Part shown: piece by piece, positions 1-12,271 of the stretch
How positions within the stretch are numbered: the stretch's first letter is position 1
How the letters are laid out: every line of letters starts with the position of its first letter
Assembly: GCF_018977255.1 (NCBI RefSeq)
Contig: NW_024704742.1
Location: 82,772,001-82,836,000 of the forward strand
Direction of reading: 5' to 3'
From: Callorhinchus milii
Taxonomy: Eukaryota
Length of the DNA stretch: 64,000 bases
The notes under the pieces: generated by a model
The model's input: the letters and a program-made list of their open reading frames with translations, nothing else
The model's database searches: none
Told to the model about the DNA's origin: nothing
Program-made: the position numbers and the translations under genes

Positions 1-639
1 ATTTCCATTGGGATCACTGCCTGATAAGCTTGTCTGTTAGGGCTTCATCTTACAAGGTTAACAGGAACTGACTGGGGAGAGACCCTGCCCTCAGTGACTG
101 CTCCTCTGAGACCTACTGATGAGCCAGACTGGCTGTGCTGTTATCAGCAGTGCCCTGGAATACTGCAGACCCACCTGCCTCAGGAACTAGACTACCGAGA
201 CTGCCACAGAGGGTTGAATCGATTCTGACGTTCATTGCCAAGCATGTCACCTTGGAGCCAGTTCAATTCCAAGGATTTCCAGGTCACATTATATCCACCG
301 TTTCTTCCACTCAATGTTACTAGTTAGCTAAGCAAATAGAGGACCGGATTGTCGAGTGTTCTTAGTTTGCTGAAGACATCAAGTAGAATTAATGAGGATA
401 ATAATTACTTGTTTGAAACACTATAAATACAATCTTCAATGCCTCGATTTGAATGTTAGTAAACAAACACCATTGTCAGCTTGTAGCAAATAAACATCCA
501 ACTGATACACAGAGAATAGATTTTTACAGTGAGAAAGGGAGAGCAAGGAAATTATCAATAAGAATAATGTAACAGTTGATAAGATCACCAGAGATTTGGA
601 TGAAGAAGGCTTTTCTGCAGTTGGTTCGAACTCACTGGG

Positions 640-1250
640 GGAACACAATTTTGTTAGAGATGCCATCCTTTGGATGAGACATTAAAATGAGACTGTCTGC
701 CTCTTGAGGTGGATGTTAAAAGATCCCAAGGTACTATTCAAGAAGAGTTTTTCCAATGTCTTGGCCAATGATCCCTCAGATGCAGATTGTGGGACATTGC
801 TGGAGTTCTGTAGCTCAGTGGTTAGAGCACTCGCTTTGCAAGCGAGAGACCTGAGTTCAATTCCAGGCAGGGCGAAACCTTGGGCAAGTTTCCTTACTCC
901 ACACGCCTAATAATAATCCCTCCAAAAAATGAAAACAATAATAAATTGGTCATTTTCAATCAACGACTGTTTGTGGGACATTGCTGTGCGCAATTGGCTG
1001 CCGCGTTCGCCCACAAATATACAGTCAATTCACTTTACAGTATATTCTGTGAAGCGCTTTGGGACGTCCTCCCGACGTGAAAAGCGCTATATCAAATGCA
1101 AGGATTATTATTATTATTATTATTGCTATGTGGAAATTGGTTGCCACATTCACGTAAAAATAAATTTGCTACAATTTACGGAAACGTTGTGTAGCACTTT
1201 GAGATGTTCTCGAAGTTCTAGCTGCTATACAAAATGCGAGGATTATTTAT
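640..1250 (+). mobile_element. Old Deu-domain SINE (SacSINE1-like), partial, interrupted by a younger SINE at 802-1121
   Basis: Deu-domain motifs GATGCCATCCTTTGGATGAGACATTAAA...GGTGGATGTTAAAAGATCCC...TGTGGGACATTGCT; element resumes after 1127 and ends in an L2-like tail GCTATACAAAATGCGAGGATTATT. Confidence 0.75.
802..1121 (+). mobile_element. Young tRNA(Ala)-derived SINE, short form, full length
   Basis: tRNA-like head with A and B boxes (TAGCTCAGTGG; GAGTTCAATTCC) and anticodon arm CTCGC-TTTGCAA-GCGAG; Deu-like 3' body; L2-type tail and (ATT)n; TSD ATTGCT at 796-801 and 1122-1127; near-identical copy at 11947-12271. Confidence 0.9.
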
Positions 1251-1487
1251 TATTGATTTATCCAGTGTGGATAAATTCGACGTCATGCAAAATACTAATT
1301 GATTGCAGTGTTAACTACAGTTTTGTTCCCATCAGGAGTTATACTGTCATGATAGTACCACACTGTATCAATCCTTAGCAATCAATGGAATTAAACCTGT
1401 TACCAGGGCCTTTGGAAACATTCTTGTTTACCATTCAGCTCCTTTACTCAGATAACCACTTGCACTCTTGAAGCATATTTTCTTTCT

Positions 1488-2927
1488 ACATAACATAACA
1501 TGTAGGAGGAGGAGTAGGCCATTTGGCCCTTCGAGCCTGCCCCGCCATTCAATCATGGCTGATCTTCTAATCTAATGCAGCTAATAACCTAACCCTGCCT
1601 TATCCCCATATCCCTTAATCCCTTTTGCAATAAGAAATCTATCTATCTCAGTCTTGAATATGTTCAAGGACTGAGCGTCAACAGCCCTTTGGGGTAGTGA
1701 GTTCCATACATTCACTACCCTTTGAGTGAAGAAGTTCTTCCTCAACTCAGTGCGAAAGGGCTGGCCTCTGATTTTAAGGTTGTGACCCCTGGTTTTAGTT
1801 TCTCCAACCAGGGGAAACAATCTCCCACTATCTACTCTATCATGCCCTTTGATGATCTTATAGGTTTCTATAAGATCCCCTCTAATTCTTCTATATTCTA
1901 GAGAATATAGGCCCAAATTGGTCAGCCTATCCTCGTAACTCATCCCCTTCATCCCTGGCACTAACCTAGTAAATCTACGCTGCACCCCCTCCAAGGCAAG
2001 TACATCCTTCCTTAAATAAGGAGACCAAAACTGCACACAGTATTCCAGGTGTGGTCTCACCAGGGCCCTATACAGTTGCAGCAAGACTTCCCTACTCTTA
2101 TACTCTAATCCTTTCATAATGAATGCTAACATACCGTTTGCCTTCCTAATCGCTTACTGCACCTGCAGACTAACTTTCTGTGATTGGTGTACAAGGACAC
2201 CCAAATCCCTCTGGACACTAACACATTCCAATCTCTCCCCTTCTAAAAAATAACTCACTCTACTGATTTGCTATCTGGGTGGATGACTTCGCACTTCCCT
2301 ACATTATACTTCATCTGCCACCTACCTGCCCAATCACCTAACCTATCTATGTCTCGCTGCATTTTTTTAATGTCGTCCTCTGTGTTGACACTTCCTCCTA
2401 GTTTTGTGTCATCTGAGAATTTAGATATATTAACTTTGATGTCCTCATCTAGATCGTTGATGTAGATGGTAAATAGCTGAGGCCCAAGGACTGATCCTTG
2501 TGGCACTCCACTAGTCACATCCCGCCAATCTGAAAAGAACCGTTTATCCCTACTCTTTGTTTCCTACCCGTTAACCATTCCCCAATCCACGTTAATATGC
2601 TCCCCCCAATTCCATGGGCTCTTATCTTTTGGACTAACCTTTTATGCGGCACCTTATCGAATGTCTTCTGGAAGTTCAAATAGACCACATCCACTGATTC
2701 ACTCTTATCTAGTTTACTGGAAATATCCTCAAAAAACTCTATGAAATTCGTCAAACATGACTTCCCTTTTGTAAAGCCATATTGACTTGGCCTAATTATA
2801 TTGTGCTCTCCTAAATACTGCACTACCACATCCTTAATCAATGTTTCTAAAATTTTTCCTATCACTGATGTGAGACTAACTGGCCTATAAATCCCCATCT
2901 TTTCCCTTCCACCTTTTTTAAATAGTG
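1488..2927 (-). mobile_element. CR1-clade LINE, 5'-truncated ORF2 (reverse transcriptase) with 3' UTR; frameshifted
   Basis: Three consecutive minus-strand ORFs give [76 protein letters not shown]1 3' end ATCAGCCATGATTGAATGGCGG..GGCCTACTCCT..(ATGTT)n. Confidence 0.95.
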
Positions 2928-3274
2928 GAAAGGACGTGGAAATAGACAACATAAACTGTACTTTTAAATGGATTCCAGATGTTGACAGGAAAATCTGTGT
3001 TTTCAATGCCTTTGTTGCACCTGAAATACCTTTCCGCACAAACTAATAGATCTTACCTTCAGTTTTATCCAACAGATATTGTTTTTATCTGGCTTTTATC
3101 TCCTGAGGTGGACATGGGAACAGATGTGTATTCCTGTCAAGTTGATGATGTAACAATAAACAGTTATACATATTTTAGTAAAATAATGTTTTACACAATT
3201 ATTTTACACAATGTATTTTACACAATTTCTATTTATTTTTATATAATAAAAAATATTGTAGAATCTTTTTTTTA

Positions 3275-3780
3275 AGGAGGGGATTGATGACAGCTGCTTT
3301 GAGGAGGAGTGGGAAGGAGCCTGAGTGAGGGATTGATTGACTCTGTCTACCAGTACGGGGTAGAGGAGGGGGAATTGAGTGACCAGCAGCTAGGTGGGAA
3401 GGAGATCAGGCAGTAGGTGATGCACTTCATGGGGTAATGATGTTTGAGAGGAAGGAAGGAGGAATGGGGGCAAAGGAGTGGGTGATGTAGAAGGAATGGG
3501 GTGGAGGAGGGGGTTTGCTAGGAAACACAGAGGAAGAAGAGGAGGCAGCCAGGCTGATGTTATCTGCTTTAATAGTAATAGTATTATTATTATTACTATT
3601 ATCTATCTTTGAGATTAATTCACACTTTGCACTTGGCATTGGATGTGAGGATCAAGAGAGCTTGAGAGGGCAAGAGGAGGAGGTGATGAGCGGTGGAGAA
3701 CAGCACTTTGGGATTATTTTTGGCTTCTTAAGTAGCAGGCAGTTTTGTCCTGTGAGGGGGAGAGGCAGTAGGTGTGTGAT
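3275..3780 (-). mobile_element. Degraded L2 LINE ORF2 internal fragment
   Basis: Reverse complement resembles the L2 segment MK..C..DP.PT.LL...VN.SL..G..P..LKAAVI.PL; same region as in the + strand copy at about 5955-6120. Confidence 0.6.
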
Positions 3781-4308
3781 ATTCACGTGAGATCAACACT
3801 TTCAGGACAAAAGAAAAGTTTAAGCTTTGCGTCTCTCTGCTTAACCATTCAGCGACCTCCAAAGTAACTTTTTGAATATGCTGCTTTGCTATTGTTCGCA
3901 CAGTTCAAGGATTGTAACTGAATCATGCAGGTATTGCTGGAATCTGTATTCAGATTGATACAATAATTGAATCTTAATGTTATTCCACTGGAGTCACAGC
4001 TCTTGGCTGACAGCAGCGAGACATCCAGAAGGGAAAACCATGTGTTAATTCCACTGAAACATTTGCTGGAAAGCAATTTTTTTCCTGCATGTTAAGGTCC
4101 AAACTAAATCAACCATCCTGCTGAAAAATATCACACCTGTTCCACAGAGCAAAGCCAATTCTATTCATTCATGAAAACTGTGGCATGACACTAAAACGAA
4201 GCTCAAAAGCAGAGTTTCCATTATGATTAGATTAAAGTGTGGAAATCTGCTACCAAGTGTATAATTCTGGAGATATCTGATACCCGCTGTGTTATTCAAG
4301 AGGTATCT

Positions 4309-4618
4309 CCATCACAGTGCCCGCTTCTGACTGTACCTTACCCCAGACACAACCGAAATCCTCGTGTCCTCTGTTCCTCCATTGGCTGCTGCGCTTTTAG
4401 TTAACACCCCGAAACTCTGGAACATTTTCCCATAATCCTTAATTCTTCTGCCTTGCCTCCTCCTTCCCCATCTTCAGATAGCGCCTGAATACCTTATTCT
4501 TCGACCGTGCTTACAGTCACCTCCACCCCATGGCTTGGCTTCAAGTTCCACCACCATCAAGCACTCTGAGACTGAACCCTGTGTGAGCAACACTACATAA
4601 ATACAAGTTGTTGTTGTT
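4309..4618 (+). mobile_element. L2 3' fragment with internal deletion
   Basis: L2 C-terminal motifs, 3' UTR, tail ATAAATACAAG(TTG)n; TSD GGTATCT at 4302-4308 and 4619-4625. Confidence 0.75.
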
Positions 4619-5310
4619 GGTATCTGATACTCGCTGTTTAATCTGGAGGCATCTGATACCAGCTGTAGTTGTTTGAACTGTCTGGTGGGGTACAGTTTCT
4701 GTAGCATTACTCACCCTCCCTACACCGGATGTACTGCAAAATACAGTGACTGTGTACCTTGTCGTGAATGCAACCAGCAATTTGCACAAATCAGATTGAT
4801 CTTCCCTTAAGGACAATGATGTATGAGGCCAGAGGAGCAGTGGATCAGAAAAGAGACTGGCAAGGAGTGTGTAGAGAAGGGAAAGAAATTAGGGAAAGGA
4901 AGGTTTCTTTTCTTTCAGGATAGACCATTGCGACATGGAAAGGAGTCGTATTAGAATAATTCTGTATTCTGAAGAAGGCAGGTTGAGACGCTAATGGTTC
5001 CCAATAGAAAATATAATGGGCCAATTTTCCTTCAGCGTCAGTAGTAATTACTGCAAAACTGAGCTGAATGACAAGAAGGGTTGATGAATTTACGACTGAT
5101 GAGTGACTCTTTTTTCTTCGAATTTAATTGTTCTATAGTTTTTTTTGTCTGGAAGCGAGGTGGATGTGGGAACAAGCTCTTAGCCATATCCAAGCACATG
5201 TATTTTTCAGCAAGGATTGTAAGATCATTATCAAGGAAAATTGTATCTAATTTTTTATCCTATGTATCGTAGTCCAGAAGTGCAAATGGCACCCTACTGC
5301 CACGAGGAGA

Positions 5311-5660
5311 TAATAATAATCTAATAATACTTGCATTTGATTTTGCATCTTATCACATTGAAATGTTTTCCTGCAATTTTCAGTAATTGTATTTGTAGAT
5401 GAATATGGAAGCCAATTTGGACACAACAATTTCCCCACAAAGGTCATGCAGTGATCAGTCAATTTTATCTGGGGGGTTGTTGGCCAGGACACAGCGAGAA
5501 ACTCCTTTCTCTTTTAAAATAGTGCCATGGTATCTTTAACATCCACCTGAAGAAGCAGATAGGGCCTTAGTTTTACATCTCATTTGAAGGGCAGCATCTC
5601 CAACTATGCAGTACTCCCCAAGCATTGCAATGAAATGTCATCTTTCATTATGAGCTCAAT
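5311..5660 (-). mobile_element. Old Deu-domain SINE
   Basis: Reverse-complement Deu motifs TTGGCCAGGACAC, AATAGTGCCATGGTATCTTTAACATCCACCTGA, ACATCTCATTTGAAGGGCAGCATCTCC; (AAT)n tail at left end. Confidence 0.8.
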
Positions 5661-5689
5661 GTCCTTACTCGAGTCTAAAATCGAGGGAT

Positions 5690-6376
5690 CTGATCTGGTA
5701 CTCTGCCCTTGCTATCGCCACCTCTTCCCCACCTTTCACTCTTCCTCTAGCCTCCATCTTAGGGATATAGGATTAGGGCTGGTAAATAGAATTAGGTTAG
5801 AAGTTCAGCCATGATCTTATTAAATGGCGAGGCACACTCGAGGGGCCGAATGGCCTACTCCTCCTCCTATTTCTTATGTTTTTATGTTCTTATCCCTCCA
5901 TCTACACTTTTGACCCCATTTCCGCCTCTTCTCTCATCTCCATCATTTCCCAAATGAAGCCCACCATCTGCTCCCTTGACCCAACCCTACTCCTCTCCTT
6001 ACCTCCCAGTTCCACCTCCTAACCTTCTACTAACAGATATTGTCAGCTTCTTTTTGTCCACTGGCACCATTCCCAACCCCTTAAAAACAGCTGTTATTAC
6101 CCCCTTTCTCAAAAAACCTTCCCTTCACCCATCTCTGTTCTCTAACTACTGTCCCAGTTCCAACCTTCCTTTCGGAGGTCCTGGAACGAGTTGTTGCATC
6201 CCAGCTTTGCTCTTTCCTCTCCCATCGCTCCCTGTGTGAACCCCTCCAATCTGGTTTCCATGCTGCTAATAGTGCAGAGATAACCTCAGTCAAAGTCACA
6301 AATGAAATTCTGTCCAAATGTGGTTCAGGCTTTCTCTGCCCTTTTGTCCTTCTCGATCTCTCTGCCACCTTCAACA
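5690..6376 (+). mobile_element. L2 ORF2 fragment with a nested CR1 3' tail (5760-5894)
   Basis: L2 peptides LKTAVITPFLKKPSL..SNYCPSSNLPF, QSGF, VLLDLSATF; the inserted CR1 tail is bounded by CCTCCATCT at 5751-5759 and 5895-5903. Confidence 0.85.
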
Positions 6377-6379
6377 ATT

Positions 6380-6540
6380 TTTAAGAGAGAAGTAGATAAT
6401 TATTTGGGGAGGACAAGTTTGGAGGACTATGGGGAGAGAACGGGGGTGTGGGATTGAATTGATTGAATTCTTTTCAAAGAGCCAGCACAGACATGATGGG
6501 CTGAATGGCCTCCTTCTGTGCTGTATAATTTTATGATTCT
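6380..6540 (+). mobile_element. CR1 3' end fragment
   Basis: TTCAAAGAGCCAGCACAGACATGATGGGCTGAATGGCCTCCTTCTGTGCTGTA..TATGATTCT, a typical CR1 3' UTR. Confidence 0.8.
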
Positions 6541-7369
6541 AATGCCTAGAAATAGAAAATGGAGCTCTCATGGCTTGACACACTCCCAGTTCTAAGCAGA
6601 ATTCCCTGTTTGCAACTCGGAGTGTTTTATAAACAGTTCACGTGGCACAAATTGCTGGCAGGACCTGGATCCTATTGCAATTGCCAACTTCCTTGTTCTT
6701 TGCACCGGTGAAATGTGTTCTGAGCTCACTCTGATAACATGAGACAGCCTACCCTATCTGAATCCTCCCTTGCACCCCACCCCAACCCACCCGAGAAATA
6801 GTATTTTAGGTTTCAACTCTCAAACTGATCATCTTCTGTCATCTATTTTTCCTTTTTTGATAACCAGTCCTTGGACATAGTGGGCGACAGTGGGGGGAAC
6901 ATCAAGGCAATCACAAAGTGGCTCTGTATATAAAATGCAGCTGCCTGCTGGTGCAGCAGAGGTTAGAGCTGAGGACCTCTGTCTGCTTATAATGACAAGC
7001 CGACCATTTCACAACCAGAAGGTGACAAGTGTATAATTTTCCTGCCCAGTATTCCTCACAGCACAATAGCTTCAGAACTGCTGCAGGGACGAAAGACATG
7101 GTTTAAAAGCAATTTGCTGTTTTGAGGTGGAGAAACAGTAGGAAATATTTTTGCAGTTGTTCTGCGCTGGGAGTCAGAAATGGGGCCCATTTAGAGTTTG
7201 AGTTATGCTTTTTTTATTTGCTAGTGCATTGGCAGCAGCATTGTGTTCCTCCTGCCTATTCCTAGAATTTATTGAAGAATAAGGGGTTGAATTTGCAGCG
7301 TTAAATGAATAAATAATCCTTACATTTGATATTGTCCTGGCCAATAAATATCCCAAAATAGAATTGATC

Positions 7370-7890
7370 ACTTACTCCACAGCTGTTTGTGCGACATTAC
7401 TGTGCAGAGCTGATTGTTGTGTTTGCCCACAAAATACAGTCAATTCACTTTACAGTACATCCTGTGAAGTGCTTTGAGAAATCTCAACGATGTGATAAAG
7501 AGTTTTTCCAAATGCAAGGATTATTATTATTATTATTATGTTGCCTTTCATGTCAGGATGACATCTTAATGTGCTTCACAGCATATATTGTAGAGTACAG
7601 TGGCTGTTTTGTAGGTGAATGTGGCAACCAATAAGCATACAGGAATGTCCCACAAACAGCCATGAAGTAAATGACCAATTTTATTCAGGAGTATTTGGGC
7701 CAGGACACCAAGAGAAACGCCCTGTTTTTTTGAGGAGTGCCATGAGATCTTTAATGTCCACCTGAACAGGCACAGACAAAACTTTGGTTTTAACGTCTCA
7801 TCTGAAGGATGGCACCTAGAACCATGCAGGACACTCTCAGCACTGCTTTGGAGTATAAGCCTGGACTATGCGATTCCAAGTCCCATATTG
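7370..7890. mobile_element. Two Deu-SINE pieces tail to tail (+ 7370-7540; - 7545-7890)
   Basis: + strand 3' body ending AAATGCAAGG(ATT)n, followed by a reverse-oriented Deu domain. Confidence 0.75.
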
Positions 7891-8959
7891 TCAGGAGTCA
7901 ATCCTACTGAGTGATTATGTTGTGAAACATGATGTACAGTAATACTGTACCTATACTGTTCAGTGCCTTTTGGTTACAGACACTACTAGGCTCAAAGTGA
8001 AATAAAGTCGTAATGTGCGTAAACAAAAATTACTATTTTTATTTTTTTAAAATCCTGTGAGCCCTGACGAGCACTGCATGTATGGAACATAAATAATATA
8101 TCAGGTTTGTTTTGTTTACACTTTGAGCTGCTTTGTTTATTCCCCTTCCCCCCTCCCACTCTATCCACTCCCCCACAACTCGCCCAACAGACACATCACA
8201 AGATGAATGCTGACACTCCATGGATTTGATCTGATTTGATTCGTTCGACAATGTACAAACACCTCCCGTGTGCTCTACCTGATGAACAAAACTGTGCTAA
8301 CACTGTCAGTGTTAATACATCCAGGGAACTGTCTGGTTCCGAACACTCAGAGGAAAGGCATAAATCTGGAAGGAAATATCTACAAGAGCAAAAGCTCTCT
8401 GAATGTATATAAAGTGCTGCGTCAATCGGCAAGTTGGGTTTTCAAACGTATATCACTGCTGAGGTCTCCACCGTACATTACTCGCTATCAACACTGTCAT
8501 GCCAGTTACTGACTTAATCTTGCCTTGGTCAAAGTACAGCTGTCACCCCAGCTCAATACTGCCGTGATTGATTACGCAAATGCCAATTGGCACCGCATTC
8601 AGCACCGCAGAAGCTTACCTCAGCCTCCTTATGTCAGGCATCGAGGCTGGGAAAAATTCACTTCTCACTGAAGTGGTTCTTCCCTGACCTGAATTTAACT
8701 TGCTTGATCCCTTGGAACACAAGCAAACATGTTAGGATTTAGGCATTACAGAGCCCTTTGATCGATGTTAATTCACAGTCGTCCTAGCTCAGTTGCAGGG
8801 CACCCAATCCAGTCACAGGTATTAGAAAAGTGGATATGCATCTTTTCCATTGTTTCCCAGAAACCCATGAGCATCAGATCCAGAAGACAAAGCAGATTTG
8901 ATCCTACCTTTAATGCATTTTGGACAAACAGCACAGTTTGGAGCTTTCCCAATTGCCAA

Positions 8960-9470
8960 GTGAGTAAAGGCACTGAGCTTATGTTAACCCTGCAAGCCAA
9001 AGCCCTAACAAGGAGGGTGGTCCTATCTGGACAAGCAACAGGAAAACTTGCCAGACAATGATATCAGTGGCAAGCTATGGAGTTTTAGGTTAGACTTTTT
9101 TTTCAGCACACTCTGGGTCCCCAAACCTTGGCTTTTGTCAACCTGTGCCTATTACCTTCCAGAATTAGATAAGCAGGAAGCGTCCCTCCCAGGGAGAGAG
9201 TGTGTATTGCATTCCAACAATCTATCTCTGGGATTTCCATGTATAGGTGAGATACATGGAATTCTCAGTTTGGTTTGGATCCTCTGAAGCATGGTGATGG
9301 GTTTCTGCATGTGTGAGCCACCCGGCTGACCCCAAAAAAACTTTTGTCAGCACAAAGCCCTATAGACTAGGAGGGTCAGTATGAGTAGTGTCAGACGGTG
9401 CCCAGTTGGTCTGAGAGGTAGGCACATCACTGGAAGTTACACGTGAGCAGGTCAGGTTAGGACAAGATTA
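8960..9470. repeat. Unclassified dispersed repeat (longest copy); homologous pieces at about 35-75, 11920-12320, 25690-25910, 28780-28905, 30140-30430 (inverted), 31690-31780
   Basis: Shared motifs GTTAACCCTGCAAGCCAAAGCCCTAACAAG and ATTTCCATGTATAGGTG..ATGGAA(C/T)TCTCAGT(C/T)TGG..AAGCA(C/T)GGTGATGGGTTT..CCC(A/G)GCTGACC. Confidence 0.75.
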
Positions 9471-9529
9471 GCTTCCTCTGTGACTCCCGCTGCAGTTGAT
9501 CAGTCTGCCATCTGTTATTGATATGAATA

Positions 9530-9897
9530 ACAGTAAACAATCCTTACACTTGATATGGTACCTTTCATGCCAGGAGGATGTCTCCAACTTCTTCACAGTA
9601 TATACTATGAAGAGGAGTGACTGTGTTTTGTAGATGAAGGAAGCAGCCAATTTGCGTACATTAATGTCCCACAAATAGTCATGAAGTGAATCATTGATTT
9701 TATTTGGGGAATTGCTGTAAACATCTCATCAGTTTTTGAAAAGTGCAATGAGATATTTAACGTCTGACCTCTGACCACACAGTGCTCCCCCAGCATTGCA
9801 GTTCAATGACTGTAAGCTCAAATTTCTAACATGAGATTGGAACCGTCACCCTTCTGTTTCAGAGGCAAGAGTTTAACCAACTGAACCAGGCTGACAC
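9530..9897 (-). mobile_element. Old Deu-domain SINE, near full length
   Basis: Reverse tRNA-like head (..AACCAACTGAACCAGGCTGACAC), Deu body and tail. Confidence 0.8.
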
Positions 9898-10252
9898 ACA
9901 CAATAATGTCCACTTGGGTGAGCTAGTGGGTGCTTGATGCTGATAGAGCACTATGCCATTAAGGGAAAAAGAAATCAAAGTCATTTTCAAAAGATGAGAA
10001 AAGTTGGGGGTGGAGGAATCGATAGTATGTTTTTTATAACAAAGCCGTAGTTCACTGGTAAAGATCGGAATTGTACTAGCAGGGCTGGCAAGCCAACACA
10101 TTAGAAAGCAGAATAGCAGAATGTGTGTTTGCACTTAATAATAAATAACAAGTCTTACATTTGATATAGCCATCTTATCGTGTTATGGAGATGCCTCACA
10201 GGATTTCACAGGATTTTACTGTGAAGTGTAGTGACTGTTTTGTGGGTGAATG

Positions 10253-10348
10253 CTGTATGTCTGTATGTATGTATGTATGTATGTATATCTGTGTGTATGT
10301 GTGTATGTATGTATGTATACATGCATGTATGTATGCATGCATGCATGC
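10253..10348. repeat. (TGTA)n/(TGCA)n microsatellite
   Basis: Direct reading. Confidence 0.9.
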
Positions 10349-11946
10349 AATAGGCTAAGTCAGCACTAATGTCAAATTGTGTTGTGAGTACCTAGGCAGA
10401 AACCTATAATCATCAGTCAACAAGTTGGGGGGTGCATATGCTACATAATTACTATGATAATTGCTTTGCATTGTATGCAAACCCTAAGTTATGGGAAAAA
10501 ATCCCCATTTGCGACTTGCAGTCTGTAGTAATAGATTCTGTTTGAAATCGCTGTGTTTTAGACTAAGTCTTCACCCATGGTAATAGGAAGAGCTGTCACT
10601 TTCCATATAAATCCCATCAATGTGGATTCTGCCTCACCTACAGCACCTAGACAGCCCTAGTCGAAGTCACAAACAATATTCTCTCTGTCTCCCTGTGCCT
10701 TCTGGCCCACCTTGATCTCTCTTCCAAAATCCTTTCATCTCCTACCTTCCAATCTCTGCTTTCAATATCCATCTAAAGATTTATCTCTTTGACTGTGCCT
10801 TTGGCACTTCTCCCCACGTCCCTACAAGCTTGGGTGTCTATGAAATGTTCTCCCTATTTGAAATGTGCTATATAAATGCAAATTGGTAGTGTTGTTTTCA
10901 TATCCACAATGGAGTCAGTTACAGTTAGTACAGATATCGGGCTCTCTACTGTGTGCAAATAATTATGTCATCCATAGTTCATTAGCTTAGAGAAGATTTC
11001 ATTCTGTGCTTATATTGGGATCTCTCATCAAAAGCAGCAGAGAGCAAAGATGGTACAAAAATCCCTCATGACTCCACAGTACTGGTGTTAAAAATAAGTT
11101 TTAAATACAGTCTAAAAATAAAAGAAATTGGGAGGGAGGAAATTCATTCCTATTTCGGAGCTTCTTGCTCCTTCTTGCTGTGTTTTTGTTTACAATATAC
11201 TGTATGTATATACATTTTCCCACCTTTGTGCAAATATTACATCACATGGCTTTCTGATCTCATCTCTGTCGTGGATAAAACAGGATGGGAGGGGTTGCAG
11301 AGATTTGTGTTGTATGTTGTTCTGTAACATTATCTGACATCCACTTCCTGTAAGGCCCTTATATAACCATACATCTCAGTATGTGAGTGACTGGTAGGTT
11401 GATTTGTTTCCTTCCCACCCACCTTTCCCCAGGGCCATTTGAGACCAATTTAGGAGCCCTATGGTTACTTCAGACTGAGATCAACCAACACAGCTCACAT
11501 TCAATATCGAACCTGAGACTATCCATATCTATATGGCTCATTACCACACCACATGGTACATTCTTAAGGGGAAAGCATTCATATTTTCAACCAGTAAAAT
11601 GCAATTAGAAAACTTGAAAAGCTCGTCTGACAAATTTTCATTTTTTTAAAAAAATTATTGATCTCAGGATTAAAGAGCTTCTGTCTAATTTGCCTCAACT
11701 GAATCTTTTTTCCAATTGGGTGTTCAAATAATGGGATCAGTAATGTTGCAAAAGGATTCGCATCTCAGGAATCCCAGATGTGTCCCAGCAAACCTAGTGG
11801 AAGTCCACTCAGTCTCTGACTTCATTGAAATCAAAACTTAGATTGCCGTCCAAGTTGCGTTCTAATGGTTTAGCATCCCCAACACCCCCATGCTGGATTT
11901 ACTGGGGACTGGGATTCTTTCCACTCTGCTCTTATTAAATGCACAA

Positions 11947-12271
11947 TAATAATAATAATAATAATAATAATCCTTGCATTTGATATAGCGCTTTTCACGT
12001 CGGGAGGACGTCCCAAAGTGCTTCACAGAACACACTGTAAAGTGAATTGACTGTATATTTGTGGGCGAACGCGGCAGCCAATTGCGCACAGCAATGTCCC
12101 ACAAACAGTCGTAGATTGAAAATGACCAATTTATTATTGTTTTTTTTTTTGGAGGGATTATTATTAGGCGTGTGGAGTAAGGAAACTTGCCCAAGGTTTC
12201 GCCCTGCCTGGAAATGAACTCAGGTCTCTCGCTTGCAAAGCGAGTGCTCTAACCACTGAGCTACAGGACTC
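11947..12271 (-). mobile_element. Young tRNA(Ala)-derived SINE, short form, full length
   Basis: Near-identical reverse complement of 802-1121; TSD GCACAA at 11941-11946 and 12272-12277; inserted into a copy of the unclassified repeat. Confidence 0.9.

Noticed and set aside
112..145. CTGATGAG hammerhead-like starts (also about 47496 and 52466)
   Set aside because: No GAAA after the putative stem II and no stem III
802..875. tRNA-Ala(TGC) gene (also 12200-12271, 31942, 35325)
   Set aside because: Imperfect acceptor and T stems, and always attached to SINE body, tail and TSD; it is a SINE head
929..1378. Recurrent ORFs with poly-Tyr or poly-Leu ends (929, 11862, 26218, 32153)
   Set aside because: Read-throughs of SINE bodies and (ATT)n tails, not a protein family
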